From the NCBI GenBank assembly GCA_000934665.2, contig JYFJ02003427.1:1-41796 (forward strand): a DNA stretch of 41,796 nt, in the 5' to 3' direction. The DNA is from Catajapyx aquilonaris. Lineage: Eukaryota. Within the stretch, counting starts at the first letter, position 1; every line of letters starts with the position of its first letter. This document shows positions 25,143 to 38,479 of the stretch, piece after piece. The notes under the pieces are model-generated. The model made no database searches. It worked only from the letters and a program-made list of their open reading frames with translations, and was not told the DNA's origin. Made by a program: the position numbers and the translations under genes.

Positions 25143-28100
25143 ATGACCCTGGGAAGTGACTTCGGTATCGTGGACTACCTGGTGCTCGCCGGTACCCTCT
25201 CCTTCTCTGTGCTCATCGGCGTGTACTACGCGTGCTTCAAGAGACAGGCCAACAATGAGGACTACTTGTTGGGGGGCAGGAGGATGCCCGTGGTGCCCAT
25301 CGCCCTCTCACTGCTGGTCACCTACACATCATCCATCACCATTATTGGTAAGCATCAGGTGCTGGTTCACTTTAGGTCAATCACCACCACCTAAATATAA
25401 CAGAGGAAGAAATAATTTCCAAGCACGTCTGCGTGGGAAAATCCCTCCCATGACCGTACTTGCACTCTACAGGATAGGACTGAACAGGTTTGAGGCATTG
25501 GATCCTATTCTTGGAGGTGCTTGCTTTCTAAATAATTGCTCTATAAGAAAAGTTTTACAGATAACGAAGCAACTCTCTTGATTTGCGAATCATTTTAACG
25601 CTTATATAGCTGAAGCAGTCTGTACAAACATGACGAACAAGTTGCTTTCCACTTATCATCGGTCATGCAAATGCTCTTGGTTTATTCGGACTGCTGTATT
25701 TCGATTCGGTCTTCAATGAATGCTTTCTGTGACACTTCCCCGGACGCTTCCGGTAAAATGCCGAGTTTCCTTCTCCCGAGCCACAGATTCTTCTTTTATT
25801 CCCTTCCCCATTCTTATCCCCCAACGTCTCGTACTGAAGTGGGCTGTCTCATTTTGCTGGTGATTTACACGGTTCACTGCTGAAAGGCCCACAAGAGCCG
25901 CATAAAAACTTGATATCCTTCTTCAAACAACAGAGGCCATTAGCAGGCGTAATTGGACCCTACTAAGTACCGGTAATAATTAATTGCTTGTAAAAAGTCG
26001 TACCTTTGTATATACATCAATAGTAAACAGCCGCCAGTAGTCAAAATGTAATACTTGTACAATATAGTAAAAACTGTAATTTGTTGCAATATGTTTTTCG
26101 AGGCCTTGTAATTCGGCAGACATTGCGTGCCAGGCTAGAAATAATTACGTCGTTGCTCGTGACGTTATCTTGGGATCAAATCATAATACAGCACCATTAG
26201 GTTGATGACATTGTGGATTCGGTTCACTGGTGATGTAATGCACCGTCGAACTGTTGAATGACACTTGAAATACACAGCATAGTTTTGTATTCGTTCTTTT
26301 TTTTAAAAAAATCTGCTTTACTCCAGTGAGGCATAAATATCGGAATTCCGGATTTAACTCTAAACAAACAACGCTTCACATAAATTACTCAACACTCTCA
26401 CGTACAATTTACAATGTCAAGCGCTAATAAATTATTGGCTCCTCACAATAATTTACGTGCTTTAAATTATAAAAATAAGCAATGTGGCAACTTTTTGGAT
26501 ATTGTTAGAGATTCCAAGCATTTTCAACATAAAAATATTTGTGAAATCTAACAAGCCACCAGCTGCGAGTTATTCGTCACGTTTTACACATCTTCGCTGT
26601 TGGAGGTTCAATTATAATACGACAAAATCAATGATTACCTCATAGAAGGTGTGTTAATGTGCAGTAAAATATCATACGCTCATTATTTTGTCGTGCCATC
26701 TGTGTGACAGGACATTGCAAAAATACGGCCGGGGAAAGGAGATATCACCTGCGTAAATACACCTGATTTCTATGCGTGGACGACCTTGGCAAAACCGCAA
26801 AAAATCAGCGAAAATACGCGAAACATTCCGGCACAAGCGATTGTGTATATCCTTGTTTATGACGACAAGCCACATCAGACGTGAATGATGGCAGGCCTTT
26901 CTTGCCAGCCTCATTACCGTATTGTGCTCCTGACTTTCTTTGTTAATGGCATAATTATGTAAAGTGCTCTCTGAAGAATTTGTAAAGAAAGGCTCTTCAG
27001 TGCAATCAGACACGGCCATGCGAATCGTGACAAAAGGCGACGCCATTGTTCTAATAAGTTTTTAATGGGGCTTCCTTCCAGGATTTCCCGCCGAGGTGTA
27101 TGCCAACGGGTCCGTCATCGCCGCCATGCTGGTGTCCACGGTGGTCTTCAGCATCCTGGCCATCTGGCTGTACCTTCCTCTCTTCTACAACCTGAAGCTG
27201 ACCAGCGTTTATGAGTACCTAGAGATGAGGTTCGACTCTGTAGTCGTCCGATGGCTGGCTTCGGGCACCTTCATCCTCCAGATGATTCTTCACATGGGGG
27301 TCATGCTCTTCGCCCCATCCCTGGCCATGAAGACCTTCCTCAACTTCCCAGTCTGGGCTACCATACTCATCCTGGGAGGCTGCGCCAGCATCTACACCTC
27401 CATCGTAAGTGTATATACCGGATGACCTTCGCAACTAGTTTCGACACTTGCCATGCGTAGCCCGTGTCAAAGGGTTGAGGAGTCGGCAGTAAATCAGGTT
27501 CTCGAAACTATAATAATTACCACGGGCAGACACATTTTTTTTCTCTCCTCCGAGAAAACGGCGATAATGTGCCAGTAACATGGAATGATATAATTGCAGG
27601 GAGGTTTGCGCGCTGTCGTGTGGACGGACGTGCTCCAGTCTCTGATAATGCTGGCCGGAATGCTGGCCATTTTCATCAAATGCCTCAACAACGTCGGCGG
27701 ATTCTCAGAAGCGTTTCAAATCGCCAAGGAGAACGGACGGCTGCAGTTTTTTGAGTGAGTTTTCTACACGGGATTAGCCGCCTTTTAAATTGACGTCTTC
27801 TGTATATTTCGTGACAGGCCGGCAGATTAATGATTCCATGTCACGCACTCATGCGAATCACTCGGCACTACAATAGACCTGCATGAATCAGACATGTGCA
27901 ATTACCATTTAAAAACACTTCAATATAGATTGCGTTTATTTTCAGCCTCCGCTTCGATCCACTGGTGCAGTACACCACTTGGAACGTTTTCTTCGGCTTC
28001 GGCTTCAGTGTCTTCGGCACCAATTCTACTCACCAGCCTCAAGTACAACGATATTCCAGCATCGCATCACTCACCAAGGCCATTGTGTAAGTCACGTCAT

Positions 28101-30071
28101 TATAGTGCGCCTTCGGCGGTAAACACAGTTAAAGTGCGATAGACCAAACGTAGAGGAAGAATTGCACCTGCGCTTGCGTGTCTATTAGGTGTGGTAAACT
28201 GGTTTTATATGCTTTAAACGCTTCGAGTATAGTCTACACCACATTATACACAACAATAGGATGATATCAATCATGTCACTAATGATTATCTCTCGTGGCA
28301 GGGCCATGTTGATAAGTGCTGTAGCCCTTATGGTAACCCTGGGCCTGGCCATGGCCACTGGCATAGCACTATACGCCAACTACGCCGCATGCGATCCAGT
28401 CCAGCAGGGCCAGATCGGGCGAATTGACCAGATCGTGCCCTTCTTCGTGCAGCAAGAGTTCTCCGTGGTCCATGGGATGCTGGGCCTCTTCATGGCTTGC
28501 CTCTTCAGCGCCACACTCAGCTCCATCTCTTCCGGACTCAATTCGCTGGCTGCCGTCATGTGGGAGGATTTCTTCAGGAAGATCCATCGCTTCGACACCA
28601 TGACAGAGGCCAACCAGGCCATTGTCACCAAAGTACTCTGTGAGACAACACTCTTTTATAAGTCTAATATGTGTAACTCCTTCTAAGTAGCCTACCTTTT
28701 TTGCAGCAATGTGCTTTGGGGTTTTGTGCATCGGATCCGCTTATCTGTCCAGCAACATGGGAACGCTTTTCCGGGTTTTCCTGACCCTCAATGGAGCCGT
28801 GCTTGGTCCTTTGGGTGCCGTTTTCATACTGGGGGTTTTCATACCGTTTGTCAACAAGTGGGTAAGTAGTGCAACTGTGCGTTTAGAGAGCTGTTAAATA
28901 ACTATACCTATATAAGCTTACTTCTGCAGGGTGCGGGAATCGGGATGATTGTGGGCCACGCGATCATGTCCTGGATATGTTTCGGATCTATCTTTGGCTC
29001 CAGGCTACCTCTGGAGAAGCCCCTAGCCACGCACGTGTACGGATGCAGCGATGTTACTACGACAATTACACCCACGGTAATACACGGCATCTTTATTATC
29101 CTTCAAAAGTGCGACAATCATAAATAGAGGCACTCGTGGCGCAGCAATAACTATTTGTTCAATCTCTCATAAATGCAATATCGTTCTAAATTAAGAAGGT
29201 ACTTTCGGACAGTTACTTTCAGGGGCTATCACAAATATTATTTATTTCTAATATTAGGTTGAACAGAAGCAACTCTTCAGGTACTGAATTACAATGAGTT
29301 GTTGTGATAAATGGGAATGGCTCACTTAGAAAATATTGTCACTGGCAGTCGAGAGTTTATTCACTCCACCTTTTGCAAAAGTTAAAAATCAATGTAATAG
29401 TAAAATAAATCATTTCTATTGACCCCTAAAATGATCATTTTAAAATAATTATTATATTAGGCTACTTCGAAACACTTACGAAACACAATGAGTTTAAAGC
29501 TCTACATGAAATTGTTCGGATAATACAATTAATCACACCTTTTTGCAGGAAAGCTTTGTTTTGAATGAAACTACGACTTATCTGAGCTTATCGGATTACC
29601 ACACTCCGTAAGTATATGGTGTAATTTTTTAATCAAATGCTAACATGTTGACCTTTCTGATTTTTTTTCAGAACTTGGACGGAAAGTATCTACTCTATAT
29701 CTTATTTGCTCTATTCCCTGGTCGGCGCAATAATAACAGTGCTGGTTGGAATTATCGTCAGCCTCTGCACACGTGAGTGCAACGTTTTATTCCATGTCAA
29801 CTATCAGTGACGCAAGTGTCCTCATTTTTCTCGCATCATTGTCCAATCAGATCCAAACAAGGTGACGCCAGAAAAAGAGCACCTGTACCACCCGGGAGTG
29901 ATCCGACTCATCAAGCTGCGCCGGGCCCATAAGTCCAAAACTGGCTACTCCCCTGTCCGAGGTCCAACCGACTCTCCGGAGGTGGACATGTCCGGAAACA
30001 AACCGGATATATCCCTGCAATTCATGACCACCAGAAAAGAGTCGGAGACCAAAACTACCGAGGAGGGTTGA
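25143..30071 (+). CDS. SLC5 sodium/solute symporter (SMCT/NIS/SMVT-like), copy 1, ~614 aa, 10 exons
   Basis: Exons 25143-25347, 27082-27404, 27600-27754, 27946-28086, 28302-28639, 28707-28861, 28930-29076, 29549-29607, 29672-29772, 29851-30071 (1845 nt). Motifs: DYLV...IGVYY...YLLGGR.MP..P..LSL, G.PAEVY..G, TSVYEYLEMRF, GGLRAVVWTD..Q, QVQRY, CDP...G.I...DQ.VP.FV, GLF.A.LFSA.LSS.SSGLNS, SISY..Y...G. Confidence 0.93.
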
Positions 30072-30164
30072 CCTCCGTCATGACGAGAACACTTTTTTTT
30101 CCTTCCAGCGAGCACAACAGAGTTTATTTTTATTTGTGATTTTGTTCCCGCGGACCACTGTGGT

Positions 30165-31065
30165 TTAGGAGCACTTCCAGGCGCATATCCCGGTGTCCCC
30201 TGCGAAGAACATGTAGATGACGTTCTTCAGCTCGTAGGTGATCTCGAAGCCGAACGCCTGCCCGACCACCACGTGCCAAGGAGGACCGAACTTCTTGTCC
30301 AAGCTCTCTTTCAGAAGCTTGGCTGCTTGCTGCGGACAGACCGAAACAACCTCTGTTTAAAATGCTAGTTAATTTATTTGCGCTTGTTACGGGAGCTGTC
30401 ACAATAATGGCAAAGTGTTCATCTGGGAGCTTATTTGTGTCGTTGTTCAAAAAGAGGTATTGCATTTCAGGATTCTAATAGCTAAGTTGCACAGTTATTT
30501 CCAGTCCAATATTGGTCAGCAAAAGGCAGTGACAGAAGTCAAAGGCCACACTTCCAAGCGAACAGGTTTTGTTGTCGTCTGGCTGTCACCTGTACGATAA
30601 CGGAGTAGTAAGTGGAACTTGAATGATGTAATTGATGATAAACAAAGATCCAATGGCATCACTCTAACGACATGTTTGGCTCCCAGAGGAACAAACGCTT
30701 TTGGCGCAATTAAAAGCCTGGCTGACAACTAAAGCTTTCAATCGTCGCAGTTACGTCGCCTTTTTTTATACCACTGCATGACAACTCTCCCCAATAAACA
30801 AAGGTACTTGCGTCATTGTTAGCGGCGTGTTTTTCGCAAGCTGTGACGATCAAGTCCACCACCTCTCCTCGAATGTCATCGGACATGTCTGAAAACTAGG
30901 ATGCCAACGAGGGGCTTTCGTTATTATATCCACACTGTTGCGGCAGACGGACAAATATTATGACAGCATTGACCTATGGAATCTACGTACCCGAATCAGG
31001 GCATAGGTGTGTAAAATGGGCTTGTTATCGCCTCCGGCGGCCTCCTCCTTGGCCTCTTCGGCCAT
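30165..31065 (-). CDS. DNAL4: Dynein axonemal light chain 4 (LC8/DLC family), ~107 aa, 3 exons; absent from the ORF track
   Basis: Minus-strand exons 31065-30991, 30895-30812, 30329-30165 give MAEEAKEEAAGGDNKPILHTYALIR|FSDMSDDIRGEVVDLIVTACEKHAANND|QAAKLLKESLDKKFGPPWHVVVGQAFGFEITYELKNVIYMFFAGDTGICAWKCS*. This matches recalled DNAL4 hallmarks (SDM, VTACEK, AAK.IKE..DKKFG..WHVV.G..FGFEIT.E.KN..Y..F.G, terminal WKCS). Intron 2 donor is probably GC. Confidence 0.93.
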
Positions 31066-31128
31066 TGTGCTTCCTTCTTGTAAGAGACCGTCGGAATGTT
31101 TGCAACCAACAATGGGCAAGGTTGACCG

Positions 31129-31142
31129 GTTTCTATGGGTAC
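31129..31142 (-). promoter_or_regulatory. RFX X-box upstream of DNAL4
   Basis: Minus strand GTACCCATAGAAAC fits the X-box consensus GTHNYY-AT-RRNAAC at all 14 positions, 64-77 nt upstream of the DNAL4 ATG. A DRE-like ATCGATA lies near 31170. Confidence 0.65.
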
Positions 31143-31625
31143 GGTGTGCCGGACAAAAAAAAAGTACTGATCGATAAAAATATTGGTGCGGGACTATAAT
31201 GCATGAGTATGTCTATAATATTAGGAAACATGAAATCCAGGGATGAACATGCACTGTTCATGCATTGCTATATTATGATCAATTTAGCCAAACCTTCACG
31301 ATGTGACCTAACACATGGCTACTATCGCTCGAGGCCATTTGGCCAGTCGGTCCTTTCAGCCTTAATATTCGGAGTTCTTACAGGTTGGCATAGTCATGCT
31401 GGTAGTGTACCTCCTCATTGAAACTATTAAAGTATTCCATTCTGCCTCGCCGGCTTGTTATAGTATCATTTTATATCCTAGTGAATCTCAAGGAGGGCCC
31501 AACGACAGTTATACATACGTGCCATATTTTATCAAAGTATCACTGCACAGATAAATATATCTTTCACGCCGCTTTAAGACAAACACATTTCTTAAATCCA
31601 GTCCTGCTGTGGACGTGCCTGAAAG

Positions 31626-34600
31626 ATGGCCAGCACCGTATTTACTGTGGCGGACTACGCGTTTCTGGTGGGGACATTGTTGTTCTCGGCGCTGATCGGA
31701 GTGTACTATGCGGTGTTCAAGAAGCAAAAGACAAGTGAGGACGTGCTGATGGGGGGCAGGAACATGTCTGTTTTTCCTGTGGCCTGCTCTCTCATGGCCA
31801 CCTACTTATCATCTGTCACCGTTATGGGTAAGTCGGACATATTTGCTTATTATGATCGCGTGAAGTTGCAGCGCTATTGGCGACAGGTATTGTGTACGTG
31901 ACCTTATTATTGGCCTGAGCATGCAACAAACCGCCTCATCTGCCTTTCAATATACCGGTACCACCGTGTACAAGCCGAAAGTATTATTATCGAAGTATAC
32001 CGTAGTTCCATACATACCATTCGCTTCGGGGTTCTATACAGTATACGCATAACGGAACACTGACGATGCCGACATCATCTATTTATGTCGATGTAAATTG
32101 ATTCAGTGTCCTTAATGAGGAGAAATGAAAGCTGGCTGCGAAAAGGTCAGCACCTGTATAGTCTACATAATTTTTTACAGATACTAAGGACAAGGCTTTG
32201 GAAATTGCAGATGTGGCTTGTCACTAATTCGCATGCCACAAGTACAAAAACGACACTAATGCTCACATTACATAAATTAAATATAAAATTATGAATTTAG
32301 CTACTGATGATACATTAGTCTTACATTATTCTAAGATCCTAATCTAAGCAGTAGCCAAACTTCTCCACGTTCTTGTATTTTTAATACCCGCTCGCAATAA
32401 ATTTCTAAAGAAATGTTTACACCATAAATGGATTATACTGCAGATTACTATGTGTACAATACATCAACACGTCTTGGTACAAAGTAAGAGCAATTCACCC
32501 ACCGTCAGTTAAGGTTAAGCAACCCTATTCCACTAACCGATAATAATACGCGTCATCCGTCACTGAATCAGTTTATCCAGGGATTAGTATACTGTCATTA
32601 ATGATTGTAAATGATGTAACCTAAATCCATATGTCGCAACATTACATTGACGTAACCAAGTGAAACAGGTGTCACTTACGAGAGTAATCACATTATACAA
32701 AAAGATTTTTTTTACAATACTGGTCGGAACATTGATATATAATCATATCAAACATTCATTTTAAAAAATAAGCCCGATGTAGCCTATACAGCACATCATT
32801 AAATGTTGCTTCGCAAACTGGAGAATTCAGTTGCAAATTATTTTATGTAAATATTTGCATTTTTATACCGCGTCACAAAACCAGTATTGTTATTCACTTT
32901 AACTGAAAATGTATTTTCAGCTGCGTTCAGCACGTCCCAAAAATGACACTCAACCTGTCACTCCCAACGCTATAGCCTTGCACTATTACACGTCTGTGTA
33001 GGCATATACCCACACGTTAAACTCCTCCCATCGACCAAACTTTCCTCTCTGGGATTTTTGTATCAATAGTCACTCTATGGAATATTAAGTTTGCCATCTG
33101 GTGCGGACACGGGTAAGTTACATGATTATAGTAGAGACCCATATCCTGAAACCATGTGCCGATATTATAAATAATAAATAGCATTGCTAGAAAAATAAAA
33201 CGGAGGTCATTGTGACCACACGTGATTGATTAGATATATAGGCCTACTGTATACATTGTACTGGTAATAACCGGAATATTACTCAAGGCTCTGTTAATTG
33301 CAGTTTGTCTGAATGTCCATATGTGCCTGATAAATCCAACTTTTTTGCAGGTACGCCTTCTGAAGTATACAACCACGGCGGAATAATCCTTCTGATGCTT
33401 CCACTCATTATCATAACTGGCGGGGCTGGAATATACATATTTCTTCCTACGCTGTACAAACTTCATTTGACCAGCGTTTATGAAGTAGGTTGCCCATACC
33501 ACTTACAGTACACACGCACTTAGAGTACTCGTCATGTCAGTTTTAAGGAAAAGAGGAGATTGGGAGAGGGTAGGATGATAATAATAATCTGCTGTCGACT
33601 CTAATTCAATGCGCAGCACGTTATGAGAAGGAGCAATTTGAATACTCTTTTCTACGTGGGCCGCATAGTGATTTTTGCCAAGATTTAAAATGCAAATCCA
33701 ATTAAGTTATGTCTCAGACATAATCTCAGGGCCGCATTCACAAAATAATAGAATTGGCAAAAAGTCACGTCATTATTATTCGTTTCGCACAATTCAAGAA
33801 GGGAGTTTGAATTTGCAAGAAATAATATTACGGTACCGATATAAAGCACCCACGCAGTGTTCAAGTGCATGAAACTAAACCATGTGTTCCATATCGCACT
33901 TTTTTAATTGAGTACCTTCTTCCAGTACTTCGAGCTCAGGTACGACACTCCTCTGGTTCGTTGCCTGGCATCTGGAAGCTTCATGATGCAGATGACCCTG
34001 TTCATGGGAGTGGTTTTGTATGCACCATCACTTGCGCTCCAGACGTTCGTGGGATTCCCTATTTGGGCGTCCATATTGGTCTTAGGAGGCGTCGCGACGC
34101 TGTACACGACCATAGGCGGACTGAGGGCTGTGGTATGGACGGACGTCTTTCAGTCTTGCATAACTTTCTTGGGTCTGATCGCCATTGTGGTCAAATCCAG
34201 CATCAATGTCGGAGGGTTGGGAGAAATTTTCAGGATCGCTTATGACAACGGAAGGCTTGATTTCACAGAGTAAGTATGCCGCATTACTGAAAGGCGTCAT
34301 GAGCTCACATTATTTTGTCCCGATTCCACAGCCTTCGACTTGATATTTTCGTGCGACACACTATATGGAACATTCTCGTCGGTTATGGATACTTCATCTT
34401 CATCGTGATGGCAACCGGTCAACCTGCTTGCCAACGCTATGGAAGCCTCGGAACATTAAAGGAGGCTTACAGGTCAGCCTATATCCTTCGGCAGTCCTGA
34501 CACACCAATTATTATTATAAATCATGTTCCATATCCTAACCCAAACGCGACAACTTCGATCGAAAGAATTCTCACGAAGACGCGGATTTATCATATCATC

Positions 34601-37090
34601 AACACGATTATTTCCTGCATGAATATGACAACTTCGTGTCTTCTGGAGGGCCTTGCTTCTAGCATTAAATTATAGCATTTGGGTTGGGGGTAAGGCTGAG
34701 AATAAGATAAGAGAGTGGGTCAGGAGTGTCACAAAAATATGATGTCATGAAACTCTTATTTCTCTTGCCAGGTGCATGATATGGGCTCCAATAATGTTCA
34801 CAGTTTGCTTCGGTTTGGCCCAAGTGACTGGTCTGGCTGTGTTCGCCAACTTCGCCGAATGTGATCCATTAGCCCAGGGTCAGATCACTCTTGGTGACGA
34901 GATTGTTCCCCACTTCGTAGCCGAGGAGCTGGGAATGGTCCAGGGAATGGTTGGCCTGTTCCTCTCGTGCCTTCTGAGCGCGGCTTTGAGCACCTTGTCC
35001 TCCGGACTCAACTCTTTGGCCGCCGTCACGTGGGAAGATTTCCTCTCCAGAGCCGGCTACTTCCATAGGATGAGCCCAGAAGCGAAGGGCTTGGTGTCAA
35101 AACTCCTTTCCTTATTTTACGGGGTGATTGCTGTTGGATTCGCATTCATGTGCGGAAGTTTAGGGAGCATATTTACGCTTACGATGACCATCAGCGGTGC
35201 TTTGGGAGGCGGAATTGCGACTCTCTTTCTCTTTGGATTTTTTGTCCCTTTTAGCAATAAATGGGTAAGAAAGCCCCTTGCTCTTCTTCATACTAAGATG
35301 TAGCACTTGACTGATTTATTTGCACTTGAAGGGTGCCATGGCTGGTCTTTTGAGCAGCCATTTTATCACACTGTGGATTGGTCTGGGGGCTGCGACTACT
35401 CCTGGAATTCCAAAGATTGAAGACCTTCCCTTTAGACTGGATGGGTGTCCACCAGTTACTTTGGATCCAATGGAGAATTCGACATTAACGGAGTTATATC
35501 AGGTAATATGACGTAAACAAATTAAGGCGATGGTATATGAATATTTGGCAGATATTTGGATCCATGTAGCATGCCAGGGTGTTTCAGTTGTAGTTAATGG
35601 CAGGCAAGCGTCATTTTATTAATGTGCTTCAAATGTATTAATATTTATACGATCACTCCCATTTCATACATGTATACGTCATCTGTTAATGGACAGAACA
35701 AAGGTAGTATGTCCGAGAAATGTCATATGTAACTTTTTTGCGCAGCATGACTCTCTCCTTTGTGACAATGTGGTCACATGTGGAGGTTGATCACATGCCG
35801 CGGAGGCTCACAGTCATTGCCTGCATTGTAATGTTTTGTATCATAGATCCGATGAAAAACACCAACCCAAATTGACATGAATCAAACAGATCTGTCTGGG
35901 GTTCAATATGTCCAAATAATCAGTTTTCCCAGTAAGCAGGTCCGCAATTGAGTATTAGAAAGTTTCAGCTCGTGCAATTTCCAGCATATACCCATTTTCT
36001 TCCACCCATTTATAAACACTATTCATTCAGGAAGTGCACAGTAATTAAGTTTTGCTTCTTCCTGTGCAGATAATTTGACAGATATCGTTGCCCGTTTCAG
36101 TACTCAACTGTGAGCTCGACATCTACTGCGGCCACAGAAGAAGACATGTAAGTTACTTTCAGTATACGAATCAGTAACATTCGCTCCTGCAGAAAGGAAA
36201 TCAACAATTCCGCGTCCATCACTCGTTTGGTACGATTGACATAATTATGGCATATTCACAGCGAACAATGCCTGCACATGCTAACTGATATATGCCCCAG
36301 TAAATAATTGCTGTGAAATCGACTGCGACAGTGCAGATGCACTGTGTCTCAGAACATCTGCTTTTTATGAGCCACAATTATGTGACGCTTGACAACTATA
36401 GTGCATGTGCCGCCAGATTCATCGTCGTTGTTGTGGGATGTGGGATCGAGGTGAAAATAATAATGAGGAGTAGGGAAGTTTTCGATAAACTGAAGTTATC
36501 CTGACGTGTGACGGTGGCTCCATTTTCGTAAAACATATAGTTGAAGAACCATAATTATGAGATCTTTCCAATAATTTGCTATGAGCACATCAACGCTAAG
36601 ATATTGGGGTCTCATGCACTAAACTTTTTACGTTTTTTGTACATGCGCAAGCTACACAAAAATAACAACTTCAGGCCAAGCGACAACATACTAAAAGGAC
36701 ACTGTATGTGCAGCTGATCTAGCTAAATAATCCATTTTTTGTCATTGTAGGAATTGGCTGCATCAGCTGTACTCCATATCCTACGTTTATTACTCGTTCA
36801 TTGCATTCCTGGTGATTATGAGCGTTGGAACCACTGTTAGCTTGATTACAGGTATGTTTTCGGTCAATGTATTCGACCAATCTGCTCATAAATGACTTCT
36901 TTCTGTTTATGCAGGTCCAGCGCCTTTCCCTGAAGACAAAGAACACTTAATGCATCCCTGGGTGACGAAACTGAGGAATTTCTCAAGACGAAAAAGAGAA
37001 TCTGGGACGACGTATGAGCCAGTTAAAGTCACAATCTTCGAGTCTTCGAATAAAATATCCGCTTCCTATTCAGTGCCAGAAAAAGCATGA
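31626..37090 (+). CDS. SLC5 sodium/solute symporter (SMCT/NIS/SMVT-like), copy 2, ~602 aa, 9 exons
   Basis: Exons 31626-31827, 33351-33484, 33926-34269, 34332-34472, 34772-35264, 35332-35502, 36101-36147, 36751-36851, 36915-37090 (1809 nt). Same SLC5 motifs: GTPSEVYNHG, TSVYE|YFELRY, GGLRAVVWTDVFQ, CDPL, SAALSTLSSGLNSLAAVTWEDF. The small exon 36101-36147 is the least certain. Confidence 0.92.
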
Positions 37091-38479
37091 CATTACTGCC
37101 ATATAGTTTGTCTCATAATGTGTTCCTATTCTAATGTTTATTAAGATTAAAACTTCTATTGTAAATAGCGACCAATTTGTTTTATTACTTCCTAAATCAT
37201 CCCTGGATATATATCTTGAGCCATTAATAGCCAGTTTTATTAAAATTCAGATGCAGCTTAGTGCACTTATTTGTCCGAATTCATAACATAAATAAAATAT
37301 TACATTAAAAACGAGCTTGATCAAAATGCTGGGGGAAAGAGCTGCCTTTCATTGTCCTAATAGCAGAGCGCCTCAAAATAATGTCGTGTGGGTCACATAC
37401 ACGGTAGGATTTTGGTGTGCGAGCCAGGAAAGAAAGACTGGACTTCACGAAGCTCAACAAGTGACACTTCCATATTTCAGCATGCATATTTTCCCATATT
37501 GACTTCGCGTTGATATGGTGGTGTATTTGGGTCTCGTTGCAAAAATAATGAAATCTACTTTCATATTCAGTGCCAATACCCCTTTTTATAAGACGAAACA
37601 GATTGAGAATTATTAAACTTCAAGTATGGAAGGGCACGCTCCAGAGTTGTAAACCTGAGATTTGTGCATCGTCACGGTCACAAATTCTTCACTGTTCTCA
37701 TTCTTGGTCAGCCTTCAGAGATAGGAGGGGATATTTAAAATATACGGCATTGAAATCCATCTACAGGATAGTTCCGTTCCGCAATGCTTATTGACAGACT
37801 CTGCAACTAAAATACTGAACTACTGTTTCATTTACTCTTTATTACCTGTAGCATCGTATAATTTGCAATTACGTAGTATGCCATCTACATGCAAAGTCTT
37901 TGCTAGAAATGGGTCTCATTCGACAAGTGTACCTACAGCGTATCAGTATAGTCTTAACCACTTCATTTTCGATGTCCATGAGATATTATCTTCGCTTTCC
38001 ATTGCAGATGTATTGCTCAATTACGCTGGAGTTTTTCTCATACTGTGCCAGACACCCCGTCTGGCATAAAAGAAATTCCACAGATGTGGTTATTGATGTG
38101 GCTTCATTTGCGCCAGTGCCATGCAATGAGATCGTTCTGAATAATATTATTGAATTCTGCATGTGTATGCATAAATATACAAGCAATGACCTTGACGGGA
38201 TTCTACGATGTCGATGGCATGCTTGACTTATGTCATATTGTTTCGCGTGCAGGTTACTTCTATAAGATATGAGTGACACATCTGCACATTGCAGTGATTT
38301 ACAGTTATGCCAGGGAGGTTATCCGTTCAGGCGGATTCATTTGCCTCCGTCAACTGCAGTTAGCTATACATTCTCGGCAGTTTCCCATACGGGCAATTTG
38401 AAAGACAAGCAAGTGAATTTTACACTACCCAGGATTACTCTTTTGGGAGATAGACCTATTATTATCACGCCGATAAGCC

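Noticed and set aside
25877..25910. CTGCTGAAAGGCCCACAAGAGCCGCATA resembling a decayed Penelope-type hammerhead
   Set aside because: Both catalytic boxes (CTGANGA and GAAA) are broken and only a short stem II forms. At most an inactive relic.
29258..29280. AG/GT-bounded 23-nt micro-exon candidate in SLC5 copy 1
   Set aside because: Inclusion would shift the frame; 29076 joins 29549 in phase without it.
30130..30465. 111-aa minus-strand ORF from the track
   Set aside because: Wrong frame; the real coding frame here is DNAL4 exon 3 (30329-30165).
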